DNA from: an uncultured Candidatus Saccharibacteria bacterium
GTDB lineage: Bacteria; Patescibacteriota; Minisyncoccia; Phycocordibacterales; CSBR16-119
Assembly (NCBI GenBank): GCA_964589975.1
Contig: CAZPVH010000001.1
Coordinates: 23,214-87,213, forward strand
DNA length: 64,000 nt
Reading direction: 5' to 3'
Part shown: piece after piece, positions 17,949 to 28,078 of the stretch
Layout of the letters: every line of letters starts with the position of its first letter
Numbering within the stretch: the stretch's first letter is position 1
Position numbers and translations under genes: made by a program
The notes under the pieces: generated by a model
The model's input: the letters and a program-made list of their open reading frames with translations, nothing else
Database searches by the model: none
Told to the model about the DNA's origin: nothing

Positions 17949-19823
17949 ATGGCTAAAAAACAAGCTCTACAACCGATTCACAGGCACGTCATGGGAATGG
18001 CGCTCGTTGCTATTTTAGCAACAGTATTTGGTTTGGTTGTTTATCCTAAAATGGCGATTCTTGCAGAATTGCCAACAAAACCGCAGAGCTTGTCGCTGCA
18101 GTCAGACTCTGAAGATGTAAGGGCTACCTGGGTAGCTCCAGCTCTCAGCGGAGACACTCCAGTCATTGGATATAACATATATTATTATCCGACTTCTAAG
18201 CCCGGAGACGCTACTACAGATTCAGTGGACGATAGGACGCTAGAGTATTCTATAGCGTTATCGAATCTTGAGCCTAATACAGAGTATACGTTTGAGGTTA
18301 GGGCGTCGAATTCTGGTGGCGAAGGCGATCCAAATACTGCTGTATTTAGTACTCCATCCGTGGCAATACCTACTGCCCCTGTAGATTGCTCTGCTACGCC
18401 AGGTGACACAGAGGTTAGTATAGTTTGCTCCAACCCAACAGATTTGGCTGGCGGGTCCTTGGTCTCATACCTCATATATTACGGAACAAAGGAGTATGTC
18501 AGAATAGAAGTGCCTTCTACAAAAAACCTTTCATATTCTGTAACATCTCTTAATAATGGCGTGGAATATAATTTCTATGTTACTGTGATAAATTCAAATG
18601 ACATAGAGGGGGAGGCTTCGACCATATTCACGGCCACCCCAGTTGCTGCTGGAGGGGGTGGAGATCCTCTAGAGATTTCAACAGAACCAACAGTTACGAC
18701 TACTTCAACTACTGCAACCATACATTGGACAACCAACAGAGAGGCTTCATCCATAGTCTATTATGGTCCGACAGAGAATATTAAGGGTATTAGTCCAGAG
18801 CAGAACACCACCCCAAGGGTCCAGAATCACCAGACTCAGATCACAGGGCTTGTTAGTTGTATGAAGTATTGGTTTAAGTCAGAGTCCTATGATGCGGATG
18901 GTAATTCTGTCCAGAGTCTCGGTGGAGAATTTAAGACAGCTGGGTGTAAAGGTGATTCATCCATCGTTGTGTCAGATGTAAAGACCGTTACTCCAGTTGC
19001 TGGTGCGACTGCTTCGGCAAAGATTGGTGGCAAGGGTATTGAAGTTGTGGCGCCAGCCGGGATAAAAGATGGTTTTGATGTTGCGATTGAAGCTTTAAAA
19101 CTTGAACGAAACAAGGTTGCGGGCGAGATAAATTCACCGACTGGTAAGAGTTGGGTCGGAGATAATGCGTACTCTTTGAAGGCGCTCGAAGATGAAGTCA
19201 CTGAAGTTGATGGCAGTTTTGATCAGTCAGTAAGTGTGTCTATCGACTATACTGACGCAGATCTGAACGGCTTTGATCCCAATACGCTAAAAATATATCA
19301 CTATGAAGATGGCTCAGGTTGGATGTCTCTTACAAACTGTTCGAATAGTTATAATGGTGTAACAGGGACAGGAACAGTTACGTGTGATACAACATCATTC
19401 TCAATCTTCGGTTTGTTTGGTGAGGCGCCAAGCTCAGGAAGCTCGTCTACTGGCGGTTACAAAGATTCTACAGCCGTAATAAACACAAATCCGGTTGGCG
19501 CAACTACTCCAACCACGGATCCTGTAAATTCTGCTGACGATCTTCCTTCTTATAGCTTCCAAAAGGATTTGGCTTTAACCATGGAAGATCCTGATGTTAA
19601 GATGCTGCAGAAATTCCTAAACAGTATCGGCTTTAGTCTTGCGCCAAGTGGATTTGGCTCCGCGGGATCAGAGACAACATATTTCGGACCGAGAACTCAC
19701 GCAGCTCTAATAAAATTCCAAGAAGCTTATAGGGCGGATATTCTTGCGCCGCAGGGACTTATGCATGGCACAGGATTCTTTGGTCAGAGTACGCGCGCTT
19801 TCGTAAACTCTATGCTCAAATAA
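17949..19823 (+). CDS. Surface protein with fibronectin type III repeats and C-terminal peptidoglycan-binding domain
   Basis: N-terminal TM; FN3 motifs (W..P...GY.I, L.PNTEY.F.VRA.N); C-terminal DVKMLQKFLN...YFGPRT.AAL.KFQ. Confidence 0.85.
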   Translation: MAKKQALQPIHRHVMGMALVAILATVFGLVVYPKMAILAELPTKPQSLSLQSDSEDVRATWVAPALSGDTPVIGYNIYYYPTSKPGDATTDSVDDRTLEYSIALSNLEPNTEYTFEVRASNSGGEGDPNTAVFSTPSVAIPTAPVDCSATPGDTEVSIVCSNPTDLAGGSLVSYLIYYGTKEYVRIEVPSTKNLSYSVTSLNNGVEYNFYVTVINSNDIEGEASTIFTATPVAAGGGGDPLEISTEPTVTTTSTTATIHWTTNREASSIVYYGPTENIKGISPEQNTTPRVQNHQTQITGLVSCMKYWFKSESYDADGNSVQSLGGEFKTAGCKGDSSIVVSDVKTVTPVAGATASAKIGGKGIEVVAPAGIKDGFDVAIEALKLERNKVAGEINSPTGKSWVGDNAYSLKALEDEVTEVDGSFDQSVSVSIDYTDADLNGFDPNTLKIYHYEDGSGWMSLTNCSNSYNGVTGTGTVTCDTTSFSIFGLFGEAPSSGSSSTGGYKDSTAVINTNPVGATTPTTDPVNSADDLPSYSFQKDLALTMEDPDVKMLQKFLNSIGFSLAPSGFGSAGSETTYFGPRTHAALIKFQEAYRADILAPQGLMHGTGFFGQSTRAFVNSMLK

Positions 19824-19892
19824 ATAGACTATTGCGTTTCCAGCATCGACCCCGTGGTAGTACAATAGAAGAAAACCAAAAGATCTTTCCAA

Positions 19893-20699
19893 ATGAGAGC
19901 TCTGGTGTCGGTGTTTATGCTGGCCGTACTAACAAGTCCGGTCGGCGCGCAGAAGTTGCAGCTCGAAACTATTTTACGGCAGCCGCCGAAAGACTCCGTG
20001 CAGGTGGTGTGCGAAGTTTCCGCGCATCTCAAATTGACGCATGTGAAGCCCTCGACCATCTACAAGATGCAAACAAAGACAATGTCTTTGGTGCCAGACG
20101 AGAAGCCGAAAGACTATCGCTGTTTGCCAAAGGGTCGCATGGGTTTGCTTGTCAACACCAAAGCCGATCCTTATGCCGTTCTGCAGCCGCATATCTTTTT
20201 CGAGATCGCGGGGTTACCGACGCATTTGTCGACAAAGATGGCTGTCGGGGTGATGGACAGGAACATGGGTTTTGCCTGTGGAGTGTTCACCGGCCAGTAC
20301 ATGAGGAGGGTTGATGACTATGGCGATGTTACCTATCGCGCCAAGCAATTTGAAGCGGGATGGCATCGCGGTCTCTACCTCTTTGCCGATCAGCCTGGAT
20401 TCGTTTTCTTTTTCTCGTATGCGAGAGAGAAGACTTTCCATTATTTCGACACGTCGATCGGATGCAAAGCCGGAGAAATGTTGCGATTAGGGCCAGCGCT
20501 TTCTGGTCTGGGTGTCCAGGCGGAATTCGAGTCTTATCTCGGAGCCGGCGGGGGCCTGTCGTACCGATTGCCTAGTGGTAAATTTTCCGGCAGTATCTCG
20601 TATCTGGTTCCAGGCCTCGCTGAGATCAATCGCGAACGAGCCATTGGTCTCATTGTCGAAAACGGACTTCTGGTCCGTCTCCGAGCTCTTTGCTTCTAG
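19893..20699 (+). CDS. Secreted hypothetical protein, possible beta-barrel
   Basis: Signal peptide VGA|Q; alternating Gly/aromatic strands; terminal Phe; terminator at 20707-20738. Confidence 0.6.
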   Translation: MRALVSVFMLAVLTSPVGAQKLQLETILRQPPKDSVQVVCEVSAHLKLTHVKPSTIYKMQTKTMSLVPDEKPKDYRCLPKGRMGLLVNTKADPYAVLQPHIFFEIAGLPTHLSTKMAVGVMDRNMGFACGVFTGQYMRRVDDYGDVTYRAKQFEAGWHRGLYLFADQPGFVFFFSYAREKTFHYFDTSIGCKAGEMLRLGPALSGLGVQAEFESYLGAGGGLSYRLPSGKFSGSISYLVPGLAEINRERAIGLIVENGLLVRLRALCF

Positions 20700-20773
20700 C
20701 ATTGCTGAAGCCCCCGCGCCGTGGCGCGGGGGCTTTTTCGTTATTAATCCGCGTGGTATACTCTCCTACCTAT

Positions 20774-22192
20774 ATGGAAAATCTATTTGAAAAGAGCGCA
20801 AAAATTGTTGCCACTATTGGTCCGGCCTCGGCTAAGTTGGAAATATTGGAGAAAATGTTCAAAGCGGGCCTAAATGTCATACGGATGAATTTTAGCCACG
20901 GAGATCACGCCTCACATCTTTCCAATCTTTTGCTGGCTAAAAAAGCAGCAAAGAAAGCTGGTGTTCGAATGGCCATCCTCCAAGACCTGTCGGGTCCCAA
21001 GATTCGCATTGGAGATTTTACCGAGGGAAAGGCGGTGCTTCGCGCTGGGGCGACATTTACGCTAACGACCAAAAAAGTTCCGGGTGATAGCAGTATCGCT
21101 TACATAAATTATGCAACTCTCCCAAAAGAAGTTGAGAGGGGGTCGACGATTATGATTTATGACGGGAAGCTTCGGCTCACAGTTTTAAAGACGACGGCAA
21201 CAGATGTCATTTGCCGAGTTATTGTTGGCGGGGAGATTGGGGGTAGAAAAGGGGTGAATATCCCCGGAGCAAACCTTTCTATTCGTTCGTTGACTGAAAA
21301 GGACCGAGCGGATGTAGTGTTCGGAATAGAGCAAAAAGTTGAATTTGTCGCGCTCTCGTTTGTTCGTCGGGCAAGCGATATCTTGGAACTTCGAGAAATT
21401 CTAAGGAAAGGCAAATCAAAAGCCATGATCGTGGCAAAGATTGAAACCGTTGAAGCCGTGGAAAATATTGATGAAATCCTGGCTGTTACCGACGCAGTGA
21501 TGGTGGCCAGAGGTGACCTCGCCGTCGAAGTTGGTCCAGAGAACGTGCCGATGATCCAGAAATCCGTCATCCAAAAAGCGAACAAGCTTGGCAAGCCGGT
21601 GATTACTGCAACGCAGATGCTAGATTCTATGGAGCATTCGCCAGTGCCGACGCGTGCTGAAGTTTCCGATGTCGCAAATGCTATTTTTGATGGTACCGAT
21701 GCCATCATGCTTTCCGGCGAGACGGCGACGGGGGAGTATCCTCTTGAAACTATTGAGACAATGGCTCGAATTGCTGTGGCCGCAGAGCATTCGCGCCAAA
21801 AACGCCAGTTTGTCGATATCACAAGCTCCGATGATGTAATTGATGCGGTAACGCTCTCTGTCGTTAGGGTTCTCGAGGACATAAAGGGCAAAGCCGTGAT
21901 TGCTCTCACAGAGTCCGGTCTGACTGCCAGAATGATCTCTCGTTTCCGCGCGCCGTTCCCGGTTATCGCTATCAGTCCGTCAGAAATATCTTGCAATCAG
22001 CTTCTGTTGTCGTATGGCGTTTTCCCGATCAAGATGACGCTGTCGAAAAACATCGACGCTTTTACCGGACAAGTGGCGAAATTTGTCCGCGAGCAAAAGA
22101 TTGCCAAAAAGGGAGACAAAATAGTTCTCTCGGCCGGTATGCCATTTGGCAAAGTCGGCTCGACGAATACGCTGTTCGTTCTCAATATTTAA
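20774..22192 (+). CDS. pyk: Pyruvate kinase
   Basis: KIVATIGPAS, RMNFSHG, MVARGDL, TATQMLDSM, MLSGETA. Confidence 0.98.
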   Translation: MENLFEKSAKIVATIGPASAKLEILEKMFKAGLNVIRMNFSHGDHASHLSNLLLAKKAAKKAGVRMAILQDLSGPKIRIGDFTEGKAVLRAGATFTLTTKKVPGDSSIAYINYATLPKEVERGSTIMIYDGKLRLTVLKTTATDVICRVIVGGEIGGRKGVNIPGANLSIRSLTEKDRADVVFGIEQKVEFVALSFVRRASDILELREILRKGKSKAMIVAKIETVEAVENIDEILAVTDAVMVARGDLAVEVGPENVPMIQKSVIQKANKLGKPVITATQMLDSMEHSPVPTRAEVSDVANAIFDGTDAIMLSGETATGEYPLETIETMARIAVAAEHSRQKRQFVDITSSDDVIDAVTLSVVRVLEDIKGKAVIALTESGLTARMISRFRAPFPVIAISPSEISCNQLLLSYGVFPIKMTLSKNIDAFTGQVAKFVREQKIAKKGDKIVLSAGMPFGKVGSTNTLFVLNI

Positions 22193-22214
22193 TCTGTGTT
22201 AAAATTATCTGCAC

Positions 22215-23168
22215 ATGAGTGAATCTGTAATTTCCATAAAAAATCTTTCGAAATCTTTTAAAGACGTCAAAGTCTTGGAAGATATCAATCTAGAGGTGGA
22301 AAAGGGTACAATGCTGGCGCTTCTCGGGCCAAATGGCGCCGGCAAGACTACGACAGTGAGGATTCTTTCGACCCTTCTTTCTCCTGACGCTGGAGAGGTT
22401 CGTGTTGCCGGGTATGATGTGGTGAAAGACGGCAATTCTGTGCGCGGAGCCATTGGCCTTACAGGACAATATGCGGCGGTGGACGAGCTACTTACGGGCG
22501 AAGAGAATCTCATCATGATGGGACGTCTCTACCATCTATCAAAAGATGATGCCAAACGTCGTGCCGCAGACCTCTTGGCTGAATTTGATCTTGTGGAGGC
22601 GAAAGATCGCGCGGCTAAAAACTATTCCGGCGGTATGCGCCGCCGCCTCGACTTGGCACTCTCCCTCATAGCAACGCCTGAGATACTTTTCCTCGATGAA
22701 CCAACGACAGGACTTGATCCCAGGAGCCGCCTGCGGATCTGGGAGATCATTGAGCGATTGATGGCAAATGGTACAACGATACTTCTCACGACACAATATC
22801 TCGAAGAAGCTGATAAGCTAGCTGATACGGTTGCAGTCTTAGATCATGGGAGGATCATTGCCCTTGGTACTCCTGATGAGCTAAAAGCTCGCGCGGGACG
22901 GGAGAGGCTTGAGATAATCGTCGACAAGGGAAGCGATTTTAACGCGGCCCTCAGCGTCATGGACGGTCCGGCCCAAAGCGCCGACCCGGATGACCGACGA
23001 ATTAGTATGGAAACAGGGGGCAAGGTTACTGATCTTAAACTAGTGCTTGATCGATTGTCAGAGAAGGGAATTGAAGTTGAGTCGCTGTCGCTCCACAAGC
23101 CAACACTTGATGATGTCTTTATGAAATTGACGGGAAAACCTCGAGAAGAAAAAAAGATCGAAGAATAA
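22215..23168 (+). CDS. ABC transporter ATP-binding protein (DrrA-like)
   Basis: GPNGAGKTT, YSGGMRRRLD, FLDEPTTGLDP. Confidence 0.95.
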   Translation: MSESVISIKNLSKSFKDVKVLEDINLEVEKGTMLALLGPNGAGKTTTVRILSTLLSPDAGEVRVAGYDVVKDGNSVRGAIGLTGQYAAVDELLTGEENLIMMGRLYHLSKDDAKRRAADLLAEFDLVEAKDRAAKNYSGGMRRRLDLALSLIATPEILFLDEPTTGLDPRSRLRIWEIIERLMANGTTILLTTQYLEEADKLADTVAVLDHGRIIALGTPDELKARAGRERLEIIVDKGSDFNAALSVMDGPAQSADPDDRRISMETGGKVTDLKLVLDRLSEKGIEVESLSLHKPTLDDVFMKLTGKPREEKKIEE

Positions 23169-23238
23169 TATACGTGTCCTGCTTAAGTTTCAGTAAATGA
23201 AATTAAGGTCGGATATGTTAGAGGAATAATAAATTGAC

Positions 23239-24081
23239 ATGGATAAAATAAATAAAAACTTAGGCAGGATGGAAACTTCTATTTCAAAAATTGAAAAAGC
23301 AAAAGGCGGAAAGCTCTACTGGGCAGTTTCGGATACGCTAGTTCTGGTAAAGCGAAGCATTATGCATATTTTCAAGCATATGGACCAGATCCTCTCTATC
23401 ATCCTGTCGCCCATAATGTTCATGCTCTTGTTTCGTTACGTTTTCGGCGGCGCCATTGATACTGGCGGAACGACATACGTGAATTTTCTAGTTGCCGGCA
23501 TTTTGGTACAAACTCTCGCGTTTGGCGCGAACACCACAGCCATTGCTGTTGCCTCTGATCTCAAAAAGGGAATTGTGGAGAGGCTAAAGACCATGCCGAT
23601 TACGAGCGCCGGGCTTATGATCGGACACGTGACGGCCGACCTGGTCCGGAATTTTCTTTCTTCTATCGTTATGGTTGGTATTGCGCTCTTGGTCGGTTTC
23701 AGGCCAGTTGCTAGCTTCGGTGAATGGATAATTATCCTCGCAATTCTCATGCTTTTCACTTTCGCTTTCTCCTGGCTTTCGGCCATCATGGGACTCCTCG
23801 CCAAATCTGTCGAAGCGGTGCAGTGGATGGGTTTCGTTCTGGTTTTCCCACTTACATTTGCTTCGAGCGCTTTCGTGCCCACGGACGGCATGCCGTCAGG
23901 ACTCAAGTTTTTTGCCGAGAATCAGCCGGTGACGCACGTGATAGAGGCGACTCGCGCGCTCATGAACGGCACGCCGGTAGGGAATCACGCCACGCTCTCC
24001 ATCATCTGGTGCGCTGGGTTCACTATCATCGCTATTCCGCTTGCCGCGTATCTTCTCCGGAAGCATAAAGGGATAAAATAA
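23239..24081 (+). CDS. ABC-2 type transporter permease (DrrB-like)
   Basis: Six TM segments, FRYVFGGAI, FASSAFVP..MP, NQPVT; start may be 23269. Confidence 0.92.
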   Translation: MDKINKNLGRMETSISKIEKAKGGKLYWAVSDTLVLVKRSIMHIFKHMDQILSIILSPIMFMLLFRYVFGGAIDTGGTTYVNFLVAGILVQTLAFGANTTAIAVASDLKKGIVERLKTMPITSAGLMIGHVTADLVRNFLSSIVMVGIALLVGFRPVASFGEWIIILAILMLFTFAFSWLSAIMGLLAKSVEAVQWMGFVLVFPLTFASSAFVPTDGMPSGLKFFAENQPVTHVIEATRALMNGTPVGNHATLSIIWCAGFTIIAIPLAAYLLRKHKGIK

Positions 24082-24093
24082 TTTGGGTTAAGG

Positions 24094-24125
24094 AAAAGCC
24101 CCGGCGCTCACGCGCCGGGGCTTTT
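24094..24125 (+). terminator. Terminator
   Basis: AAAAGCCCCGGCGC-TCAC-GCGCCGGGGCTTTT. Confidence 0.85.
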
Positions 24126-24173
24126 GTTTGACAAAGAGGTAGCCAAGAGTAATATTCAAACAAATTCAGATAC

Positions 24174-24584
24174 ATGGACAAACAGACAGCCCTTGCCAGA
24201 ATTGATGAGATATTCAAGCTGGCATTCGAGCAAAACAAAGAACTTTACGCTGCTTGGAAAGATTGGAACGAAAGTTCTTCATCTGATGAAGTGAAGTACC
24301 GGGTCCTCGTGCAGCTCGTTCATCCGGCCGACGGTATAGCAATCGGTATGCCGCTTGCCTATTCACCTAAGGTCAGCCTATGGAGAGCCTGTGATGTTAT
24401 CCAAAAGGTGATCGCTGCAGACAAGCTGATTGCTGATTGGAAGTTTGTGGAGTTCCTCTTGAAGGATGACAAAGACTCCAGATTTTTTCTGAACGACTAT
24501 TTCAGGACATCGCCAAAAGAAAAGATGCTCGACGGGATACCAAGCCTCCAGAACAGATTGCTTGGCCAAGTCAAAGCATCTTGA
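24174..24584 (+). CDS. Hypothetical protein (136 aa)
   Basis: ORF with TTGACA-16-TAATAT promoter and terminator at 24598-24625. Confidence 0.7.
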   Translation: MDKQTALARIDEIFKLAFEQNKELYAAWKDWNESSSSDEVKYRVLVQLVHPADGIAIGMPLAYSPKVSLWRACDVIQKVIAADKLIADWKFVEFLLKDDKDSRFFLNDYFRTSPKEKMLDGIPSLQNRLLGQVKAS

Positions 24585-24675
24585 TGCAGAGATCATGAAA
24601 AGCCCTGAAATCTCGGGGCTTTTTTGCTATGCATCTCGACAAGAAAATTCACTCATGTCGTTTTGATATCCACAG

Positions 24676-24705
24676 TTGCATAGTGAACGTTCGTTCACGT
24701 ATACT
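24676..24705 (+). promoter_or_regulatory. Promoter with palindromic LexA operator (GAAC-N4-GTTC type)
   Basis: TTGCAT..TATACT with GTGAACG-TT-CGTTCAC (24683-24698) in the spacer, upstream of the lexA operon. Confidence 0.8.
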
Positions 24706-24744
24706 CCATGCAGGTCGATTAATCAAATAAAACTTTTTAAATAT

Positions 24745-24933
24745 ATGACACGTTCACAATACATCCGAACCATCGAAGGCGAGATCAAGAGATTGAACCG
24801 CCGGATCGATCAGAAGATTCTCCGAGGCGAGAATTACTTCTTTGACTCCATCCGCCACAAGTTTCTCTTGAAGCAGCTAAAGAAGCACCAGGGAGACGGC
24901 ATCCTTACCAAGCTTTTCCCAGCCTTCTTCTAA
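24745..24933 (+). CDS. 62-aa basic helical protein, first gene of the lexA-dinB operon
   Basis: MTRSQYIRTIEGEIKRLNRRIDQKILRGE...; 6 nt before the lexA ATG. Confidence 0.75.
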   Translation: MTRSQYIRTIEGEIKRLNRRIDQKILRGENYFFDSIRHKFLLKQLKKHQGDGILTKLFPAFF

Positions 24934-24939
24934 ATTTAT

Positions 24940-25506
24940 ATGGATAACAATTACAAAGAAAAATTAAGCGATTTCTATCATGCCAAAAAGCGCATGCCTT
25001 CTTATTCGGAGATGATGAAGCTCTTTGGCTTCAAGTCGAAAAACGCCGTCTTTCGTTTGGTTGAGAAATTTGTGGACGCGGGGATTGTGGCAAAGGATAA
25101 ACTTGGCCGCCTCATTCCGGAAAAGCTCCTTGGCGAGGTGCCGCTTCTCGGCGCGGTCAAAGCTGGCTTCCCGTCTCCTAACGAGGAAGATCTTTCCGAG
25201 ACTATCAGCCTCGACGACTATTTGATTGAAAAGAAAGAGGCGACGTACATGCTCGAAGTCGATGGAGACTCTATGATCGACGCGCATATAGAGAAAGGCG
25301 ATATGGTTATTGCCGAACGTCGAACCACCGCTAAAGATGGTGAGATAGTCATTGCGGAAGTTGATGGAGAATTTACCATGAAATATTTCAGATCAAGCGG
25401 CGGGCGCGTTTGGCTCGAGCCGGCGAACAAGAATTACCCGAACATCTATCCGGAAGGCGACCTCAGGATCTGCGCCGTAGTCAAAGGGGTTATCAGAAAG
25501 TATTAA
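24940..25506 (+). CDS. lexA: LexA family repressor / S24 autopeptidase
   Basis: N-terminal HTH (MPSYSEMMKLFGFKSKNAV), Ala-Gly cleavage site VKAGFPSP, catalytic GDSM and TMK. Confidence 0.9.
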   Translation: MDNNYKEKLSDFYHAKKRMPSYSEMMKLFGFKSKNAVFRLVEKFVDAGIVAKDKLGRLIPEKLLGEVPLLGAVKAGFPSPNEEDLSETISLDDYLIEKKEATYMLEVDGDSMIDAHIEKGDMVIAERRTTAKDGEIVIAEVDGEFTMKYFRSSGGRVWLEPANKNYPNIYPEGDLRICAVVKGVIRKY

Positions 25507-25511
25507 ATCTT

Positions 25512-26774
25512 ATGCCGATATCAATAAGAAAATTTCCTCGGGCGATTGTTCATGTCGACGGGGATTCTTTCTTTGTCTCATGTGAGCTCGCGAGTCGGCC
25601 GGATTTAGTTGGCAAACCAGTAGTGACTGGCGAAGAGCGCGGGATTGCGACTGCCATGAGTCCCGAGGCGAAAAGGCTCGGAGTTACTCGCGGCATGCCG
25701 GTTCACCAGATCCGGCGCGAATTCCCATCTGTCGTGATCCTTCCTTCGGATTATGAAAGCTACGCCATGTATTCTCGCCGAATGAAAGATATAGTTCTTC
25801 GCTATACCCCCGAAGTTGAAGAGTACTCGATCGATGAATGCTTTGCCGATATTTCCGGGCTTCGACGGAGTCTTAATATGTCTTATGAAGAGATTGCCGC
25901 CGCGATAAAGATTGACCTTCAAGCGGAGCTCGGCATGACTTTTTCCGTAGGCTTATCAGTCACGAAAGTCTTAGCAAAGGTAGCTTCCAAATGGGACAAA
26001 CCGGACGGTCTAACTTTTATTCCTGGATACAAGATAGAAGAGTTTTTACAAAAACTTCCTGCAAAAGATGTTTGGGGCATCGGGCCTAATACATATTTAT
26101 ATCTTGAGAAGCTTGGGATTAAAACAGCTCTTGATTTAGCAAAGAAAGATTTGGAGTTTGTTAGAACATATTTTACAAAACCCTTAGAGGAAATTTGGCG
26201 AGAGCTTCGCGGTGAACACATACTCCAACTCTCCGTCGGCAAGAAGACTGAATACCGGTCCATCATGAAGACTCGAACATTCACACCGGCGTCATCTGAG
26301 ATATCTGTCATTCTGGCGGAGATATCTCGAAACATTGAATCTGCATGCGCTCGCCTCCGTCTACATGATCTTTATGCCAAAGAAGCAATTTTTTATATCA
26401 AAAGCCAGGATTTTCGTCATCATGGATTAGAAATCAAATTCCCAATCCCGATCGCGACACCAGACAGAATGATTCGCTTGGTTGAAGAAAATTTTCATAA
26501 AGTTTATGAAAAAGGAAAAACATATAGAGCCACGGGAATTATTTTGAAACAAATCACGCCAGGACGAGCGGTAAGTCCGGATCTATTCGGCGAGTTCGTG
26601 AGAGGGGAAGAGGTAAGAAAGATTTATGATGAGATTGATGCGCTTTCCAAAAAATTCGGTCAATCGATCGTGACGCTCGGATCAAGCATGATGGGAAAAA
26701 ACTCCACTACAATCCATCAGAGGAAGCTTGTTAACAGAATATTGCCGCTACCACTTCTCGGGAAGGTCCACTAA
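25512..26774 (+). CDS. dinB: Y-family DNA polymerase (DinB/UmuC-like)
   Basis: HVDGDSFFVSCE, YSIDECF, LAKVASK..KPDG, DVWGIG. Confidence 0.93.
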   Translation: MPISIRKFPRAIVHVDGDSFFVSCELASRPDLVGKPVVTGEERGIATAMSPEAKRLGVTRGMPVHQIRREFPSVVILPSDYESYAMYSRRMKDIVLRYTPEVEEYSIDECFADISGLRRSLNMSYEEIAAAIKIDLQAELGMTFSVGLSVTKVLAKVASKWDKPDGLTFIPGYKIEEFLQKLPAKDVWGIGPNTYLYLEKLGIKTALDLAKKDLEFVRTYFTKPLEEIWRELRGEHILQLSVGKKTEYRSIMKTRTFTPASSEISVILAEISRNIESACARLRLHDLYAKEAIFYIKSQDFRHHGLEIKFPIPIATPDRMIRLVEENFHKVYEKGKTYRATGIILKQITPGRAVSPDLFGEFVRGEEVRKIYDEIDALSKKFGQSIVTLGSSMMGKNSTTIHQRKLVNRILPLPLLGKVH

Positions 26775-26822
26775 AAAGAAGAAGCCCTGCAAGCAAGGCT
26801 TCTCTTCTGATTCGCACCGCGC

Positions 26823-27659
26823 TTAGGTCTTCACGACCAGTTCCTTCTTCTTGTCCTTCGGGGTCCTTTTTGCGGTTATGATCTGAAAGCTAATCCCCGC
26901 AGGAGATTCACTCATGACTGGAACTCCGCTGTATTCAGGGTCAATCAATGTCCCAACCCCGGGCAGGAGGCTTACTGCCCCAGCCAGGTTTCCTTTGACG
27001 TTCATGTCGAACACGCGAATTGGCATATGGTTCTCGCGGCAGAGGGTAAAAGAGGTCAGGTCCATCACGCCAAGATTTTTGTCATAAACCTCGCCGAAGC
27101 TGACATGTTCGTAGCGCAAGGTGTTTTTGTCCTGCTCTGGATCCGCCGTATACACTCCGCCAACCCGGGTTCCCTTGAGAACTATATCGGCTTTGATTTC
27201 GACCGCCCGTAGCGCGGCTGCGGTGTCGGTCGTGAAATAAGGATTGCCGGTACCCATTCCGAAGATTATGACACGGCCTTTCTCCAGATGCCTGACGGCG
27301 CGCCGGAAGATGAATGGTTCGGCAATCTGCTCCATCTTCAGCGCCGACAGGAGACGCGTGGCCTGTCCTCGGGTTTCAAGAGCGCTTTGCAGCGCCAAGC
27401 TGTTGATCATCGTCGCCAGCATGCCCATGTGGTCGCCCTGAACACGGTCAATGCCGTTTGACTCGGCTTGCTTGCCTCGGTAAATGTTACCGCCGCCGAC
27501 TATGATCGCGAGCTGTATACCTTGTTTGCTTACCGCTATGATCTCTTCGGCGTAAGCGCTAATGACGGAATCGTCGATCCCATACTCTTTTTCGCCCATG
27601 AGGCTTTCGCCGGATAGTTTCAAAAGAACTCGTTTCGCTGGCTGGGTGGTTTCGGCCAT
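26823..27659 (-). CDS. pyrH: UMP kinase
   Basis: [38 protein letters not shown]. Confidence 0.97.
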   Translation of the reverse strand: MAETTQPAKRVLLKLSGESLMGEKEYGIDDSVISAYAEEIIAVSKQGIQLAIIVGGGNIYRGKQAESNGIDRVQGDHMGMLATMINSLALQSALETRGQATRLLSALKMEQIAEPFIFRRAVRHLEKGRVIIFGMGTGNPYFTTDTAAALRAVEIKADIVLKGTRVGGVYTADPEQDKNTLRYEHVSFGEVYDKNLGVMDLTSFTLCRENHMPIRVFDMNVKGNLAGAVSLLPGVGTLIDPEYSGVPVMSESPAGISFQIITAKRTPKDKKKELVVKT

Positions 27660-27905
27660 GATTTTGGGGTTTTTGGTTTTTTGAAAGGAAGAGGGTGCAA
27701 ACTTGTCGAGGTGCCTCTAAAGTATCAGTGTACCACGCCGGCTTTTATCACCGCAAACCGAGTGTATGATGAGGTCATGATATATAAAAAATTTGTTGTT
27801 GGTTGTCGTTTGACATAATCATTTTTATAGCCACAAACACCCTTTTAATAAGTCAGTATGGAGAGAGGATATTCGGATTTTACAAACAGAGAGCTGGATA
27901 TTAGG

Positions 27906-27942
27906 GAAAGAAAAAATCCCCTGATTGGGGATTTTTTCTTTC
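27906..27942 (-). terminator. Terminator
   Basis: GAAAGAAAAAATCCCC-TGATT-GGGGATTTTTTCTTTC. Confidence 0.85.
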
Positions 27943-27946
27943 TGGC

Positions 27947-28078
27947 TTAGGCAGCCGGAGTCGCTTCGGGGGCCATAGGGGTTTCTTCTTCAGGTTTCAT
28001 TTCTGTACCTTCAGCAGCGCCTTCCTGGGCCTCTTCCATTCCTTCCTTTTTTGTTTCTTCTGTTGTTGAATCTGTCAT
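27947..28078 (-). CDS. 43-aa acidic low-complexity peptide
   Basis: Hand translation MTDSTTEETKKEGMEEAQEGAAEGTEMKPEEETPMAPEATPAA*; TGATATAAT upstream, terminator downstream. Confidence 0.65.
   Translation of the reverse strand: MTDSTTEETKKEGMEEAQEGAAEGTEMKPEEETPMAPEATPAA

Noticed and set aside
27690-27706. Bacteroidota-type -7 promoter (TAnnTTTG) upstream of pyrH
   Set aside because: The sequence reads CAAGTTTGCACCC, missing the conserved first T; insufficient support
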